NCBI GenBank assembly: GCA_008632985.1
Contig: QPGO01000114.1
Coordinates: forward strand, 1-64,000
DNA length: 64,000 bases
From: Psammoneis japonica
Lineage: Eukaryota
Direction: 5' to 3'
Position 1 is the first letter of the stretch, and each line of letters begins with the position of its first letter. A program made the translations under genes and the position numbers. This document shows positions 49,351 to 61,352 of the stretch, one piece after another. The notes below the pieces were generated by a model, which searched no databases, was not told where the DNA came from, and saw only the letters and a list, made by a program, of their open reading frames with translations.

Positions 49351-49859
49351 GCTGCAGTGGTGGAGTCGGAGCTGCGCAATGTTGTTTTAGAAGAAGGATG
49401 CACAATGCTTGCAAATCATCTTGCTTTCAGAAATGCACTCAAACTGACAATGAAGAGAGCGCATGGTTCTGCACCCTTTTGCAGTCAGACTGCGGCACTT
49501 GCAATCTGCTCCCAGTGCACCACCAGCTTCACATGTGCTGCTCCACAAAGTGGGCGAAGTGATGTGTGCTGCCCAGTGCGACACCCCAGCCAGAGAGCTG
49601 CAGCAACTGTCATTGCATGCTGATCAAGCCCTTGCATTGGAAGAGTTGGCACAAAAACCCCACAGCAGTCTTTTTGTTGTGCTTGAGCACTGCAGCACTT
49701 TCTCTCTGACAGATTTGCTCAAGGCTTCTCTTGGGGAGCTGAGACTTGATCTCAAGCTGTGATGCAATCCAGAGAGTGGCATGCTCCTGAGCTGCTTCTT
49801 GCTCTTTCCTCCTTTCATGCAAGGCTTGTCTGGCACAGCTTTGCCCCCCAGTCACTTCA

Positions 49860-51200
49860 TCCCCATGCCAGGAGATGAGAGTTGAAGCTCCCAACTCCAG
49901 AGTGAAGGGACACCATGATGCCACCAATCAACACAACAAATGCAGGCTGAGGGCATTTTGGCTCTCTGATGGGGCCAAGGGAGCACTTTGAGAATGGTGG
50001 CTGCATGTTCCACAACTTGTGTGGTGCAGTTGTGGCTCCCACAGTTGCTTCATCTACATGTCAGAGTGAGAGCTGACACAAGGCTCCCAACTTGAGAGTG
50101 AAAGAGAACACCCTGACACCAACAACCAACAGAGCAGCTTCAGGTTGAGGGCACTGCAGGTTGCTGGTGAAATCCAGGGAACAATTTGAGGGTGGTGTGT
50201 TGCAAGGCTTGTCTGATGCAGTTTGGCTCCCAGCCACTTTTTCCCCATGCCAGGATGAGAGTTGAGGTCCCAGCTCCAGAGTGAAAGGACACCAGGGAAC
50301 ACTTTGAGGGCAGTGACTGAGTGTTGCAAGGCTCATCTGGTGTGCAGTTTGGCTCCCAGTCTTTTTTCCATGCCAGCATGAGAGTTGAGGTCCCAGCTCC
50401 TGAGCAAAAGGACACAGTTGTGTCACCATCCAACACAACAATTGCAGGCTGAGGGCATCAAAGGTCCATGGGGTGGAGCCCAGGGAGCACTTTGAGAAGA
50501 ATGGTGTTTGAGTGTTGCAAGGCTCATCTGGCACACTTGTGGTCCCCAGCCACTGGATCCACACCAGAATGAGAGCTGAAATTCCCATCTCTGGGATGAA
50601 AGGACACCCTGGGATGTGACCAACCAACACAAGCTGGGGGCACTGCAAGGGTCTCTTGTGAAGCCAGAGGCACACTTTGAGTTTTGTGGTTGAGAGTTTC
50701 AAAGTCCATCTGGTGCAGCTGCAGCCCCAGTCTCTTCATCCACACCAGCAGAATGAGGAGAGCTTGAGTTCTCACCAACTCCAGAGTGAAAGAACACCTT
50801 GATGCTGCCAGCCAACACAACAAATGCAGACAGAGGACATTGAGGATGTCTGGTGGAGCACAGAGAAGAACACTTTGAGAACAGCAGCCAAGTGTTGCAA
50901 GGCTCATCTGGAACAGCTGTTGCTCCCAGTTGCTTCATCCCCACCAGAATGAGAGCTGAAAAAGCTCCCAACTCTGGAGTGCGAAAATGCCCTGGTGCCA
51001 CCAACCAACACAAAAACTGCAGGCTGAGGGCATTGAGGGTCTCTGGCAAAGCCCAGGGAACACTTTGAGAATGCTTGCTGAGTGTTGCAAAACTCCAATG
51101 GATGAGTGATCCAAAAGGCTCCTCCTTCCAGTGCAGGTGTGCCCCCAACAGGCGCTTCATGCACACCAGGATGAGACTTGGAGCTCCCGCAACAACCTCC
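49860..51200. repeat. Degenerate tandem array, ~190-bp unit, ~8 copies; one inverted copy at ~56270-56420
   Basis: Recurrent tgagag(t/c)tga...ccagagtgaa...caacacaa...gctgagggca...cactttgag...gtgttgcaaggctcatctgg. The segment ccagatgagccttgcaacactcaa at ~56287 is its reverse complement. Confidence 0.85.
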
Positions 51201-52594
51201 AGATTTAAATGGCAGCCCAATTTCGCTGCCTCAGACACCAACTTTGTGCAGCTCCAGCTCATCAAAATTCTTGTGGAGCTTGATTTAAGGTCATTGAGCA
51301 GCATGGGAGGAGGGGGGGGTGTCTCAGTGTGGTCAACCACTTTGAGCATGGACTCAGAGGTTGGTCTGTTGCTTGAGAGCAAGGCTGCACTGCCTTTTGG
51401 ACCCAGACTTTGCACAGCCCCAGCATCAGAAGCCATGGCTTGGAGCCAAGCTTGCACAGCTTGGGGGAGGGTTGCACTGCCTTTTGGACCCAGACTTTGC
51501 ACAGCATCAAAAGCCATGCTTCCTGGGGGGGGAGTTGAGGACACAAAAGCAGTCTGGCCCACTTTTTGATCTGGTCTTGTTGAAAGTTGAATGCAGCCAA
51601 TTTGAGCCCAGGTGCACATGAAAAAAGCATGGGTGTGTCTTTTGAAACACATGGCAACATTGTTGGGGGACAGAGATCCAGCATCAAAGAGAGAGTGCAA
51701 GAAAGACACATCCAAACAGACTCAGGCTGGTGGTCTCCTTGCCAAGTGCAAGGGTGAGCAGCCTCACTGCAGCCAGAGCATTGAGAGAGCAAACAACAGC
51801 AAAAGAGCTCTCAACTGACACAAGGAGCTCCGGCTTCATCTCAAAAAGATCCAAGACAAAGTCAACAGCTGCAGCCAAAAGCCACGTGTGACACCTTGCA
51901 CTCATGTCAAGGTGCAGGATGAGGAGCAAAGGTGCAGCGGGCAGATTGCATCTGCCTGTCTTGATGCGATTTCATTTCAAGAAATTCTCTTTCCGAGCTG
52001 ACCAAGACTGATGGAGGGCAGACGCATCCCCTGAGAAAGCTCCAAAAAATGAAAATGGTGGGGAGACCGCTGAATAACGGGACAAAAGAGACCGAGACAA
52101 CGGAAAAGGCCAACCCTGCTGACCGACACTTGAACCTGTGTGTGCTGCACAGCTTCCCTTGGCTGCTGCTCATGCCATTTTATTCCCAGTTCTTGAGCCA
52201 GCCAACCGCATCCGCGTCAGCGTTTGGTTTCATGATGTTGTGTCACCCAAAACGATGTTGGGTGGACGCGACTGTCGTGCTGTGAGACGTCTTCGGATAT
52301 TTTTGTTTAGGCTATTGTGAGTTACACAAATTGGTGGATAAATACAGGTCATAAGTACTACAAAAAATCATTTGCTGCCGTCAATAGAAATCATGTAACT
52401 CGGCTACCTACTGTGAGTGTTGGGAGGTTGGGCATAAACGAGGAATGACTGTGGCAATAGTCAATACTCTTGATCCGTTGCTAGGTATGTGCTCTATTCC
52501 TCGAAGTGGGATTGTCGTAGACAAGAGTATGATGTATGTATTCTTGTTGAAACGACTCTCGACTCTCGACAAACTGTTCTTACTGGCTACTCGT

Positions 52595-52892
52595 TTTTCT
52601 AAGCATTCAAACTACCAAAGGCGTTTTGTTAGGGAAGCCGTCTCATTGCTAAAGCAGGAAGGGACTCTAACATACAGCACATGCACAATAAACACTTTGG
52701 AGAACGAAGAAATGGCACGGCACATTTTGGATGAATATCCTTTTATGAATCTTTTCCTAATCGAGTCTGGCGTGTGCCTACCCGGACTTCAAAGGGCAGG
52801 ACGACTCGACGGTGTTGAAAGAACAATGGTGCGATGGGATTTGTCGTCGCCAAGTTCCACATGACCTGACTTCCTTGCCTTGACAATGCTTC
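52595..52892 (+). pseudogene. Unmutated C-terminal fragment of an NSUN/Nop2-family RNA methyltransferase
   Basis: YQRRFVREAVSLLKQEGTLTYSTCTINTLENEEM (motif VI, YSTC). No N-terminal part; internal deletion relative to the 47.6-kb copy. Confidence 0.8.
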
Positions 52893-53604
52893 GCGTCGAG
52901 AGGCTTCTTCGGATACTATCTTTTAAGTGCACAAGCGACATGAAGCCGCACTGCCAAGGAAAAGTCTGTTTACATGTTTCTCTACCTAGGAGAAGAAGTG
53001 ATTTCGGTGCGACTTATGATCTGCAACAAGCCAATAAGAACGACGTGGGAGGGAGAGACTCAAAATCGTCGAGAGACTAGGCCTAGCGTTTTGTTGGGCG
53101 GCTTCAATTACTGCTTTTAAGAGAATGTGTTCGTATGCCGTTCTTTGACATTTCGATATGGCTGATATTGTAAAGATGGTGCCTTGTTTGTTGTAAAGGT
53201 GCAAGAGACAGGCCTATCTAAGCCCTCTCCACCAGAGAGTGAAGATCCTCATTCGCCCGAAGTTAGAGTCATTGGATGCGGTTTGTAGAAGGTCTATAAA
53301 AGAGGCGTGAATCCGCATGCGAGCATGGAGTGTAGGTAAACGTTACAAATTCTCTTGCACTCTCTCTGTACTGCCTCTAGAGGGAGATGTACTCTCTTGA
53401 TAGTGTTAGCAGTAGGGAGTAGCAAGCGAGTCTTCTGGTTCCAGTGTAGTGCTGCTGGGTTCCGTCCCGGGGCTGCAGATAGAATAGATAGAATAGAATA
53501 GAAGTAACTCTACGCACGAGCACCATAGCAAGATAGAGAGCAGGCGGGTTTGGCGCCACGACCATAAACGAAAAGTGCAGGATTTCTTCAGGTGCTAAGT
53601 ACAG

Positions 53605-56570
53605 CACATGGTGGAAACAACCCTTCACTCCACCTGCCCCTCAGCACACTCTTCATGTCCCAAAAAACAACCGCAAAGTGTTGAGCACAGTTTGGGTTGC
53701 TTGCTCTCCTTGACTGCAGTTGTGGCAGCAGAGCAGCAGCTGGTTGTGTGCAGAAACCCCTGCGCAGCAGGCAAAGTGTCAACCGACATCACAAATCATT
53801 TCTGCACAATTGCTTGCACTGTCAGCTTCTGAGCACACCCTTCATGTCCCAAGAAACAACCTCAAAGTTTTGAGTGCAGTTTGGGCTGCTTGCTCCTTGA
53901 CTGCAATTGTGGTGGTGGCAGCAGAGCAGCGACTGCTGGGTGTGCAGAAGCCCCCGAAGCGCAGGCAAAGTGTCAACCCACAGAAAAAGTCACTTCTGCC
54001 AAATTGTTTGCACTTTCAGCTTCTGAGCACACTCTTCATGTCTCAAGAAACAACCTCAAAGGGTTGTGCACAGTCATTTGGCTTGCTTGCTTGACTGCAA
54101 ATGTGGCAACAAAGCAGCACTTGGGTGGGCAGAAATCCCTGCAGGCAAAGTGTCATCCCACAGAAAAGTCACTTCTGCCAAATTGTTTGCACTTTCAGCT
54201 TCTGAGCACACTCTTCATGTCTCAAGAAACAACCTCAAAGGGTTGTGCACAGTCATTTGGCTTGCTTGCTTGACTGCAAATGTGGCAGCAAAGCAGCATT
54301 TGGGTGGGCAGAAATCCCTGCAGGCAAAGTGTCATCCCAAAGAAAAAGTCACTTCTGTCAAAAGGTTTGCTGCATTGGCTTCTGTGCACCTGGGTTTGGG
54401 CAGAAATCCCTGGAGCAGGTGTAAAGTGTCAACCCACAGAAAAAGTCACTTCTGCTGAAAGAGTGTTTGCAGCCTTGGCTTCTGAGCATGCTTTCAATGT
54501 CCCAGGAAACAGCCTCAAAGGGTTCTTGGGCACAGTTTGGGTTTCTTGCTTGTCTGCAAATGTGGTGGCAGAGCAAAATCTGGTCAAGAGCAAGAGAGAG
54601 GCCTGGTGGAAAAAGTGTCAGCAGTGTCAGCAGATGAGCCACCTTTGCCAAATTGTCTGCACTCTCAGATTTTGAGCACACTCTTCATGTGACAAGAAAC
54701 AACCTCAAAGTGTTGAGCACAGTTTGGGTTGATTGCTCTTCTTGACTGCAGTTGTGGTGGCAGAGCAGCAGCTGGGTTTGCAGGAACCCCCGCAGCAGGC
54801 AAAATGTCAGCCCACAGCAAAAGTCACTTCTGCCAAATTGTTTGCACTTGCAGCTTTTGTGCAAACTTTTCATGTCCCAAGAAACAACCTCAAAGAGTTG
54901 GGAACAGTTTGGGCAGCTTGTTTGACTGCAAATGTGGCAGCAGAGCAAAAGCTGGGCAGGAGCAAGAGAGGCCTGGCTGGTGGAAAAGGTGCCGGCAAGC
55001 AGAAAATGTTGCTTCTGCCAAATTGTTTGCACTGTCACTTTCTGAGCATGCTCTGCATGTCCCAAGAAATGACCTCAAAGTGTTGAGCATAGTTTGGGTG
55101 GTTTGCCAGTCTGCAGCTGTTGTGTCACATCAGCAGCCTCTGCTGGGTGGGCAGAAATCCATGCAGGCAAAGTGCCCACCCATGGAAAAAAATCATTTTT
55201 GCCAAATTGTTTGCAGCCTTGGCATCTGAGCACAATCTTCATGTTCCAAGAAACATCCTCAAAGTGCCGAGCACAGTTTGGGTGGCTTGCTTCACTTCAG
55301 TTGTTGTGGTGGCAGCTCAACTTCTTTGCAGAGCCCAGAAAAACCTTTTGGCAAAGTGCCAGCCAGCAGAAAAATCACTTCCACAAATTGCCCACACTCT
55401 CAGCAGCTTCTCATCACACTCTTCATGCTGAGTTGTTTTTTTTTTGTTCCACCAAATCACGATTTTTTTTGCTGCCGGCCCTGCCACCAAGAGTGCTCTG
55501 CACATTTTGCACAAAATGGCAGCCACATGCCATCACACTCACAAGCCCCACACAAATTCAATCTGAATTTTGCCATTGGTGCACTGCAGCTGGAAACCAC
55601 AGGGAGGAAGCAACCACCTCACCATGATGACAGCTCTGTGATGGTTGCCATTTTCACAATGGCATCACCACCTTGAAGAGAGCCACAACAACCGACAGTG
55701 TGTCGTGTCTCATGTGGGCCAATGTGCAGCACAATTGACATGTGAAAGTGCACAGGCTTGTTGTTGACTTGTGCAGTCAAAAAGCAACCATGAAGGGCAA
55801 AAAATTGAATGTTTCAGCTTTTTGCACTGTGGTCAATCAACTCCAAAGCAGAGCGAGGCGCGTGCCTGTGAAATTGATGACACGAACTGTTGACATGTGT
55901 CAGTGTGATGGTGAGTTTGCGGTGATCATTGATGGAGCACATTGCGTTTTTGGTTGCTGTTTTTATTGTGTTTTCACAAGTCAGGAAAAATTTGAAATGT
56001 CAAACACTGGTGTTTGGAGTTGTGCTGCAATTGTGCACAGGCTCTTCACACACTCTCAACAGTGTTTTGTGTGCAGAGTGCTCACATTTTCACACACGGC
56101 AATTCAATGAATGAACAACACATTGGCATTGATTCATGAAAACAACATGCATTGATGTCCACATGCAAACACTGGGCTTGTGGCCAGAAAAAAATTGATT
56201 TTCAGCAAAAAAAAAATGGGCAGGGCTTCAGCTTTTGTTCTGGTGCCCGTGGCATGAATGAAGTGAGGCTGTGGTCCACAGCTGTGCCAGATGAGCCTTG
56301 CAACACTCAACCACTGTTCTCAAAGTTCTCCCCAAGTTCCACCCCAGACCCTCAATGTCCTCATCCTGCAGCAGTTGTTGCACTGGTTGGTCGCACCAGG
56401 GGGGTTGTGCTGCTCGCTGGGGGCACTCAACAGAGTCCAAACATGCACCTCACACAAAGCCAGTCTTTTCACAAATGATGCTCACTGCTGAACACACAGC
56501 AACCAAAAGGGTTCTTTGTGTCACATCATGGATGGCAGCCATCACACTTTAGAAAGGTCTTGCTGGATGG
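53605..56570. other. TpA-depleted domain 3
   Basis: TA is dense up to 53600, almost absent until ~56550, and normal from ~56655. Confidence 0.85.
53640..55400. repeat. Tandem array, ~180-190-bp unit, ~9 copies
   Basis: cttcatgtc(c/t)caagaaacaacctcaaag-like core at ~53652, 53841, 54034, 54213, 54493, 54683, 54869, 55054 and 55237. Two adjacent 179-bp units are nearly identical. Confidence 0.9.
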
Positions 56571-56944
56571 CTAAGACATCAGCGAAAACAGCAAAGCATG
56601 CAACAGGAGACAGGCGCCGCCGCGCCGGTTGATCGGTTTGATCTGTTTTCTTTCGTAGGAATGGCACAAATCCCACGCATTGGTGTCATAAATGCGTACG
56701 ATCGTACGGTTTTGTTGGTCCGTCCATCGAACGATTTTCGATTTCGGCTCTGGCACTTTTTTTCCCGCGAAAGTGGTGGCGTCTACGTACACTTCTACGT
56801 AATACATACTAGAAATTGATGCCAACAAATCACTTTTAGAGAAACGCTCCATGGCGTTGTCAACCCCTGCTCCTGCCTCACGCTGAAGTTTTCCTGCCTA
56901 TCCTTGGCATTGCAGCTCTTCTTTTTATTGTAATAGTCATCAAT

Positions 56945-57997
56945 ATGAGTGGGTATGAAGAAGAAAGGGAGCCATTTGGGGAAGAAGACCTAGAGCCGCT
57001 TGAGCGCAATGAGGCGCTGCCGCCAAGCATGATAGAACCGAAATATTTGAAGGTCGCCCGACACCACAAGATATTTTATACGGAGGCTGATATACCGGAC
57101 GCTCTAAAGGATATGAATGCTGCTGAGTGGAAGAATCAGAAATTTTTGCGAGAGAGCTTCAAAGTGCCAAAGAGCGGAAGGCAGCGGAAAGATCAACAAA
57201 CGCATTATGCTTTTCCGATTTGCCTTATTTTGTTTGGTCCGGCAAGCTCAGACTTGTACCATCGAATGATAGTAGTAAATTGGTGGTTGAATCTATCGAA
57301 AGAAGAGCAAAAGGAAGCTTGGGAAAGGTTGAGGAAGCAGTTTGTAACTCCTTTCGACTCAGATGACCTTCGAAAGAGGAAAGTTGAAGAATCCAGATCG
57401 TATGAGAAGCTTCATGGAACAGCAAAGCGTTCTAAACATTCTGATATGCCCAGATCCAACGCGCAGCTTCGAGATCAAGCTGTACGATACCCAGAGGCTT
57501 TGGCTTGTCATCACCTAAAGGTCGCCATGGATCGTTCTCAAGTCACTGCCGAGAATGAATCATTGATTGACGGTAGGTATGAACTGTGCATGATGACATA
57601 CTCAACTGTGCATACCCCTGAAAAGTCTGGAAGGCCGCGCTTGAACAAACGTTCCATCCCAAAAGTTAGTCTCCGCTCTCGTGATCGCGATGCTTTGGTT
57701 GCGCAGTTTGGGCAGGTAGTCGCGGCGTTGAAAAACAATGGTTCAGTTCAAAGCATAGATGATCTTACTCCAGATTTGATTGTTGAGAGCCTTGAAGAAT
57801 CACAGAACTGCAAACTCAGCTACGTATCGGATGCTAAGAATTGGACCCCCAACCTCTACCTGGATGAGCAACGTTCCCGTCGCAAGTCGCTACAGGAGAA
57901 AAGGGTGCTCCCTTCAGCATCTGACGGCAGTGGCACTACTACCATCTTTGAAGATGATGAATCTGGTAGTGATGATGATGGTTGTGATTTGCATTGA
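56945..57997 (+). CDS. Uncharacterised 350-aa protein inside the TIR element
   Basis: Uninterrupted ATG-to-stop ORF with normal composition and an acidic tail. No family recognised. Confidence 0.65.
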   Translation: MSGYEEEREPFGEEDLEPLERNEALPPSMIEPKYLKVARHHKIFYTEADIPDALKDMNAAEWKNQKFLRESFKVPKSGRQRKDQQTHYAFPICLILFGPASSDLYHRMIVVNWWLNLSKEEQKEAWERLRKQFVTPFDSDDLRKRKVEESRSYEKLHGTAKRSKHSDMPRSNAQLRDQAVRYPEALACHHLKVAMDRSQVTAENESLIDGRYELCMMTYSTVHTPEKSGRPRLNKRSIPKVSLRSRDRDALVAQFGQVVAALKNNGSVQSIDDLTPDLIVESLEESQNCKLSYVSDAKNWTPNLYLDEQRSRRKSLQEKRVLPSASDGSGTTTIFEDDESGSDDDGCDLH

Positions 57998-58374
57998 TTT
58001 GCACAACCAACTCAACAATTGAAATTCTGGTGCCTTGCAACGACCTACATCTGTGGTGTGACGAATGCCCACCGCCAGTTCCGGTAGGCCCTAGTAGAAG
58101 TGGAGACCAGACCGTTGGCGCTTGTGTATTTTGGCGCTTTGTATCAATACTACTACATCTATCAATTGGCTATTCTGTTGTTCCCGTGAGTAGCGTAAAC
58201 ATTGCTAGTAACAAAAGTCGAGGTATGACCTAATCTTGTAATGTGCATCTATTATAGTTCTTTTCTATAACCCGTGAGCGCAATATTGTTGACATTAGTC
58301 GAATAGAATGACCGATCTAGCTCAGCTGAACGCTCCTCAACTGAGGTCTTCCCCCCCGGAGCACTCAAAACACA

Positions 58375-59250
58375 TCATCTTCCTTGAATTCTATACAACC
58401 CTCCTGCATCTTTAGCATGTGTTATTTTCAATTCTGCATTATCGGCTGTCAGCATAACCCCATCTTTAGGCACCAATTTTGCCTTGGGTTCAAGGCAGGC
58501 TGTAGTGTATTCAGAAGCCTTTGCAATGCCGGTGGCCGACGCAGATGTTGTTACTTTGAAATTGGCAAGAGTATCTCCAACGACAGAATCTCTCGAGTTA
58601 TGAAAACATTGGACACACATTTGATTGCGGGACCCACCTCATTTTGACTTGAAACTCTCATAATTAAATCCGTTATCATTCCCACAGCCAATACCGATGA
58701 GTCGCCTCGTCTCCCGTGCTTCTTCATCGTCTCCACAAAAGCGTTCATGTCAGTGCTATTGGTAGCGAAAGCAAAATAGATAGAAGCATGGCCGTACTGT
58801 TTTCTTCCGACATGAGGTGTTTGAATACATTTTTTGAGCTCATCGGCTCAGCCCTATTTCCTGTCGTAGCCGTAGGCAAGAGCACGGACGACATGTTCTT
58901 GAATATTTTCGCGACGGCAAGTTTGGTTTGATTTTCATTTGCAGCGATGTCTCCTTTTCTATTGACTGCTGCAAATCCAACTGGGGTGTGTAGTATTTTG
59001 CCATCCCCATCTATTTCAACTACCGCTTGCTCCGTAAGTAGTAGGCCATCCGTTCCGATTATTCTTGATGCGGTGCCGTCGCTTTGTTTCTCCCGAAGGA
59101 ACTCCAATATTCGTGACTTGGTGGGGTTCCTCTTTTCTTTTTCTTGACAGGAGCTGGGTATTCAAACTCGACTTCACTTTTTTCCGACTCACGATTTCTC
59201 TTTTGGATGGTACGAACTGTCTTGTGGCTGGTAACGCGTTGATCACAATG
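58375..59250 (-). pseudogene. Frameshifted, truncated ORF; possible Academ-like transposase fragment
   Basis: Chained pieces 59016-59246, 58745-59107, 58551-58748 and 58375-58620. SVVGDTLANFKVTTS...GVMLTADNAE loosely resembles the lid.L..lg.siS...aDNiD region of Academ transposases. Confidence 0.35.
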
Positions 59251-59641
59251 CAATAGGCTCTAGGATGTCTTTTCCGCTAGCAAACGAACCATGCAGTGAA
59301 GACAAATTTTGCAGCCACAAGGAGACAGAGTGACGATACACTCCTCCTCTTGCTCCTCATTACATTCAACACATACAAGCGACATTTTCAATTGTCGTCG
59401 TTGTTATCGTAATCCGCAGGAGTAGCAACGAGATGGTGCAGGGGAAGAAAGAGTGGTTTCACTTTTGCCCTCACGAATTTGAAAATTTGATTTTGGTATG
59501 TTTTTACGTACAAGTCTACAGGATATCTATGCAAGTTGAAGTTCGACCACGCAAGCCAGCGAAATCGAAAATCGTTCGATGGACGGACCAACAAAACCGT
59601 ACGATCGTACTGTACGCATTTATGACACCAGCATGTACGTA

Positions 59642-61352
59642 CTTCCTCCGGTAAGCGATAATTGTCCACGAGGAAACACCGTGTTATTCTTTTTGGGCCG
59701 TACATCGTAGTACTGCTTCTACTCAAAATGGCTCGGAGGGAAAAGCATCCACGACCCACGTCAAAGCATCACATCACATGGAAGCGCTGCAGCGACGATG
59801 ATCGCTCGTGCCGTCAACCACTACTTCGCATAACGACGATACCCTATATCATGGACCCTCCTCCACTTAGTCCAAGCGTCCACTCAGTTGGTGCATTGGT
59901 GCAGGTGCCGCCGGAACACCGCACGGGACGACCGACAGCACCGTAGTGAAGGTGGAACAGGCTTCGTCACGGGTTTCAACGCTGCCGATGGCCGAGTGAA
60001 TGTGCGGTATACAGTCAACAACAGACTCAGTATGGATGTTTTTCCAAGTAGACTCTCTCCAACATCATTAGCTGTTGATGAGGTCTTGGGGATTTGTGAC
60101 AGTAGCGTTTGCTCGTACCGAAAACGATTCTCAGAGAGGGGGGCGCACGTACAAGGTCGATTGTGCTCGTGCCGGTGGAAAGGTGAAGGCGAAGAAGGAT
60201 TCGTATCGCCGTGTATGTGGGGCTATCAGAACATTCCACTATCCAAAGATCCCAGAGAATTTGTTGCGTCACAAAGGCGAGGATTATTTTCAGAATTGGA
60301 GGTTACACTATCGAATTCGGGGACGGAACGAAATCCGCGTGGGATTATATCCATATCATTCTGTTGGCAAAGATGGAAGCAGTTGCTCAGAGGGGAAACA
60401 ACGATAAGGGGAAAGCGAGTACATCTTTTGTTCCAGTGGGATAATGCAACACCGCATATTGATTCGGTTCTCGTGGCCGGTGTGATGGTGAATTCGCTCA
60501 ACGCGGTTGGGAGCTTGCACCGCAACCGCCAAACTCCCCACCTGTATTTCTTTCCAGCAATGGCTAAGAGGGTCACTGTAGACCAAGGGCTTGAAAATGG
60601 TGGTCGATATTTGCAGGGGGGGGGGCAGCTGTGGGCATCCTTTCGTCGCGTTTATGATCGCTATCCCGAGGGGACCATCTCCCGGTCGTTGGTGTACCAC
60701 AGTCAAGTGGTGAACGCTGTTTTTGAGTGTGATGGGAGTGATGATTTCGAAATGGATTCGCAATCACTTCACTGTGGAATTCGGAAGTTTTTCTAGTGTG
60801 TTTATGACTCGGAAGAGACGCAGAATCCCACCGGAGTTGAGGTGACTGAGCACCTGGATCCGGTGGAACAGAACCTGCGGTGCACGACGCCGGATGTCAT
60901 TCGGGATGGGTACAATCCGGCAGATTTCTTGAGTGAGAATGAACTTTCAATGTTGGTGAATAATATGGACTAATCATGGAAGGATACTGAAGTGTATCCC
61001 ATGGCGGAGCTAGAACAGAATCGGGAGCTATTCGATGCCGAGGCGCACTTGGAGCAGGCACTGGCAGTGCTGTTTTGGAAGGTGAAATCTCTAGAGAATT
61101 GATAGCATACACTTAGAATCGGTACTAGAGTATCTATATTATCCTACTATTGCATCAAATTGGTATTTTATACAGTAGTCGGGCGAAAAGAAGCGATTCA
61201 ATAGAGCGAACTCTACTCTATAGAGAGAAGGTTTTAGTGGTTGCGCGAAGTCGCGCGTAAACAAAAAATATGTAGAAGCAGTACCATGATGTACGGCCCA
61301 AAAAGAATAACACGGTGTTTCCTCGTGGACAATTATCGCTTACCGGAGGAAG
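59642..61352 (+). mobile_element. Internally deleted Tc1/mariner element (1,711 bp), 81-bp TIRs, TA TSD, transposase remnant ~59890-60800
   Basis: TA|CTTCCTCCGG...CCGGAGGAAG|TA (Stowaway/plant-mariner-like terminus). TIRs 59642-59722 and 61272-61352 have 2 mismatches. QWDNATPH and LYFFPAM motifs; frameshifted. Confidence 0.9.

Larger units (their letters stand above)
38562..52295. other. TpA-depleted domain 2: mosaic of gene fragments and repeat arrays
   Basis: TA becomes rare after ~38560 (somewhat leaky at 39700-40620) and returns densely from 52298. Confidence 0.85.
56681..59630. mobile_element. 2,950-bp DNA transposon: 66-bp TIRs, TG...CA termini, 4-bp TSD GCAT (Academ- or Ginger-like)
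   Basis: 56681-56746 equals the reverse complement of 59560-59630 apart from a 5-nt insertion. GCAT at 56677-80 and 59631-34. Confidence 0.9.

Noticed and set aside
50699..55676. Numerous 100-340 aa Cys/His/Gln-rich ORFs in the arrays
   Set aside because: Expected by-product of TAA/TAG loss in repeats; no recognisable domains.
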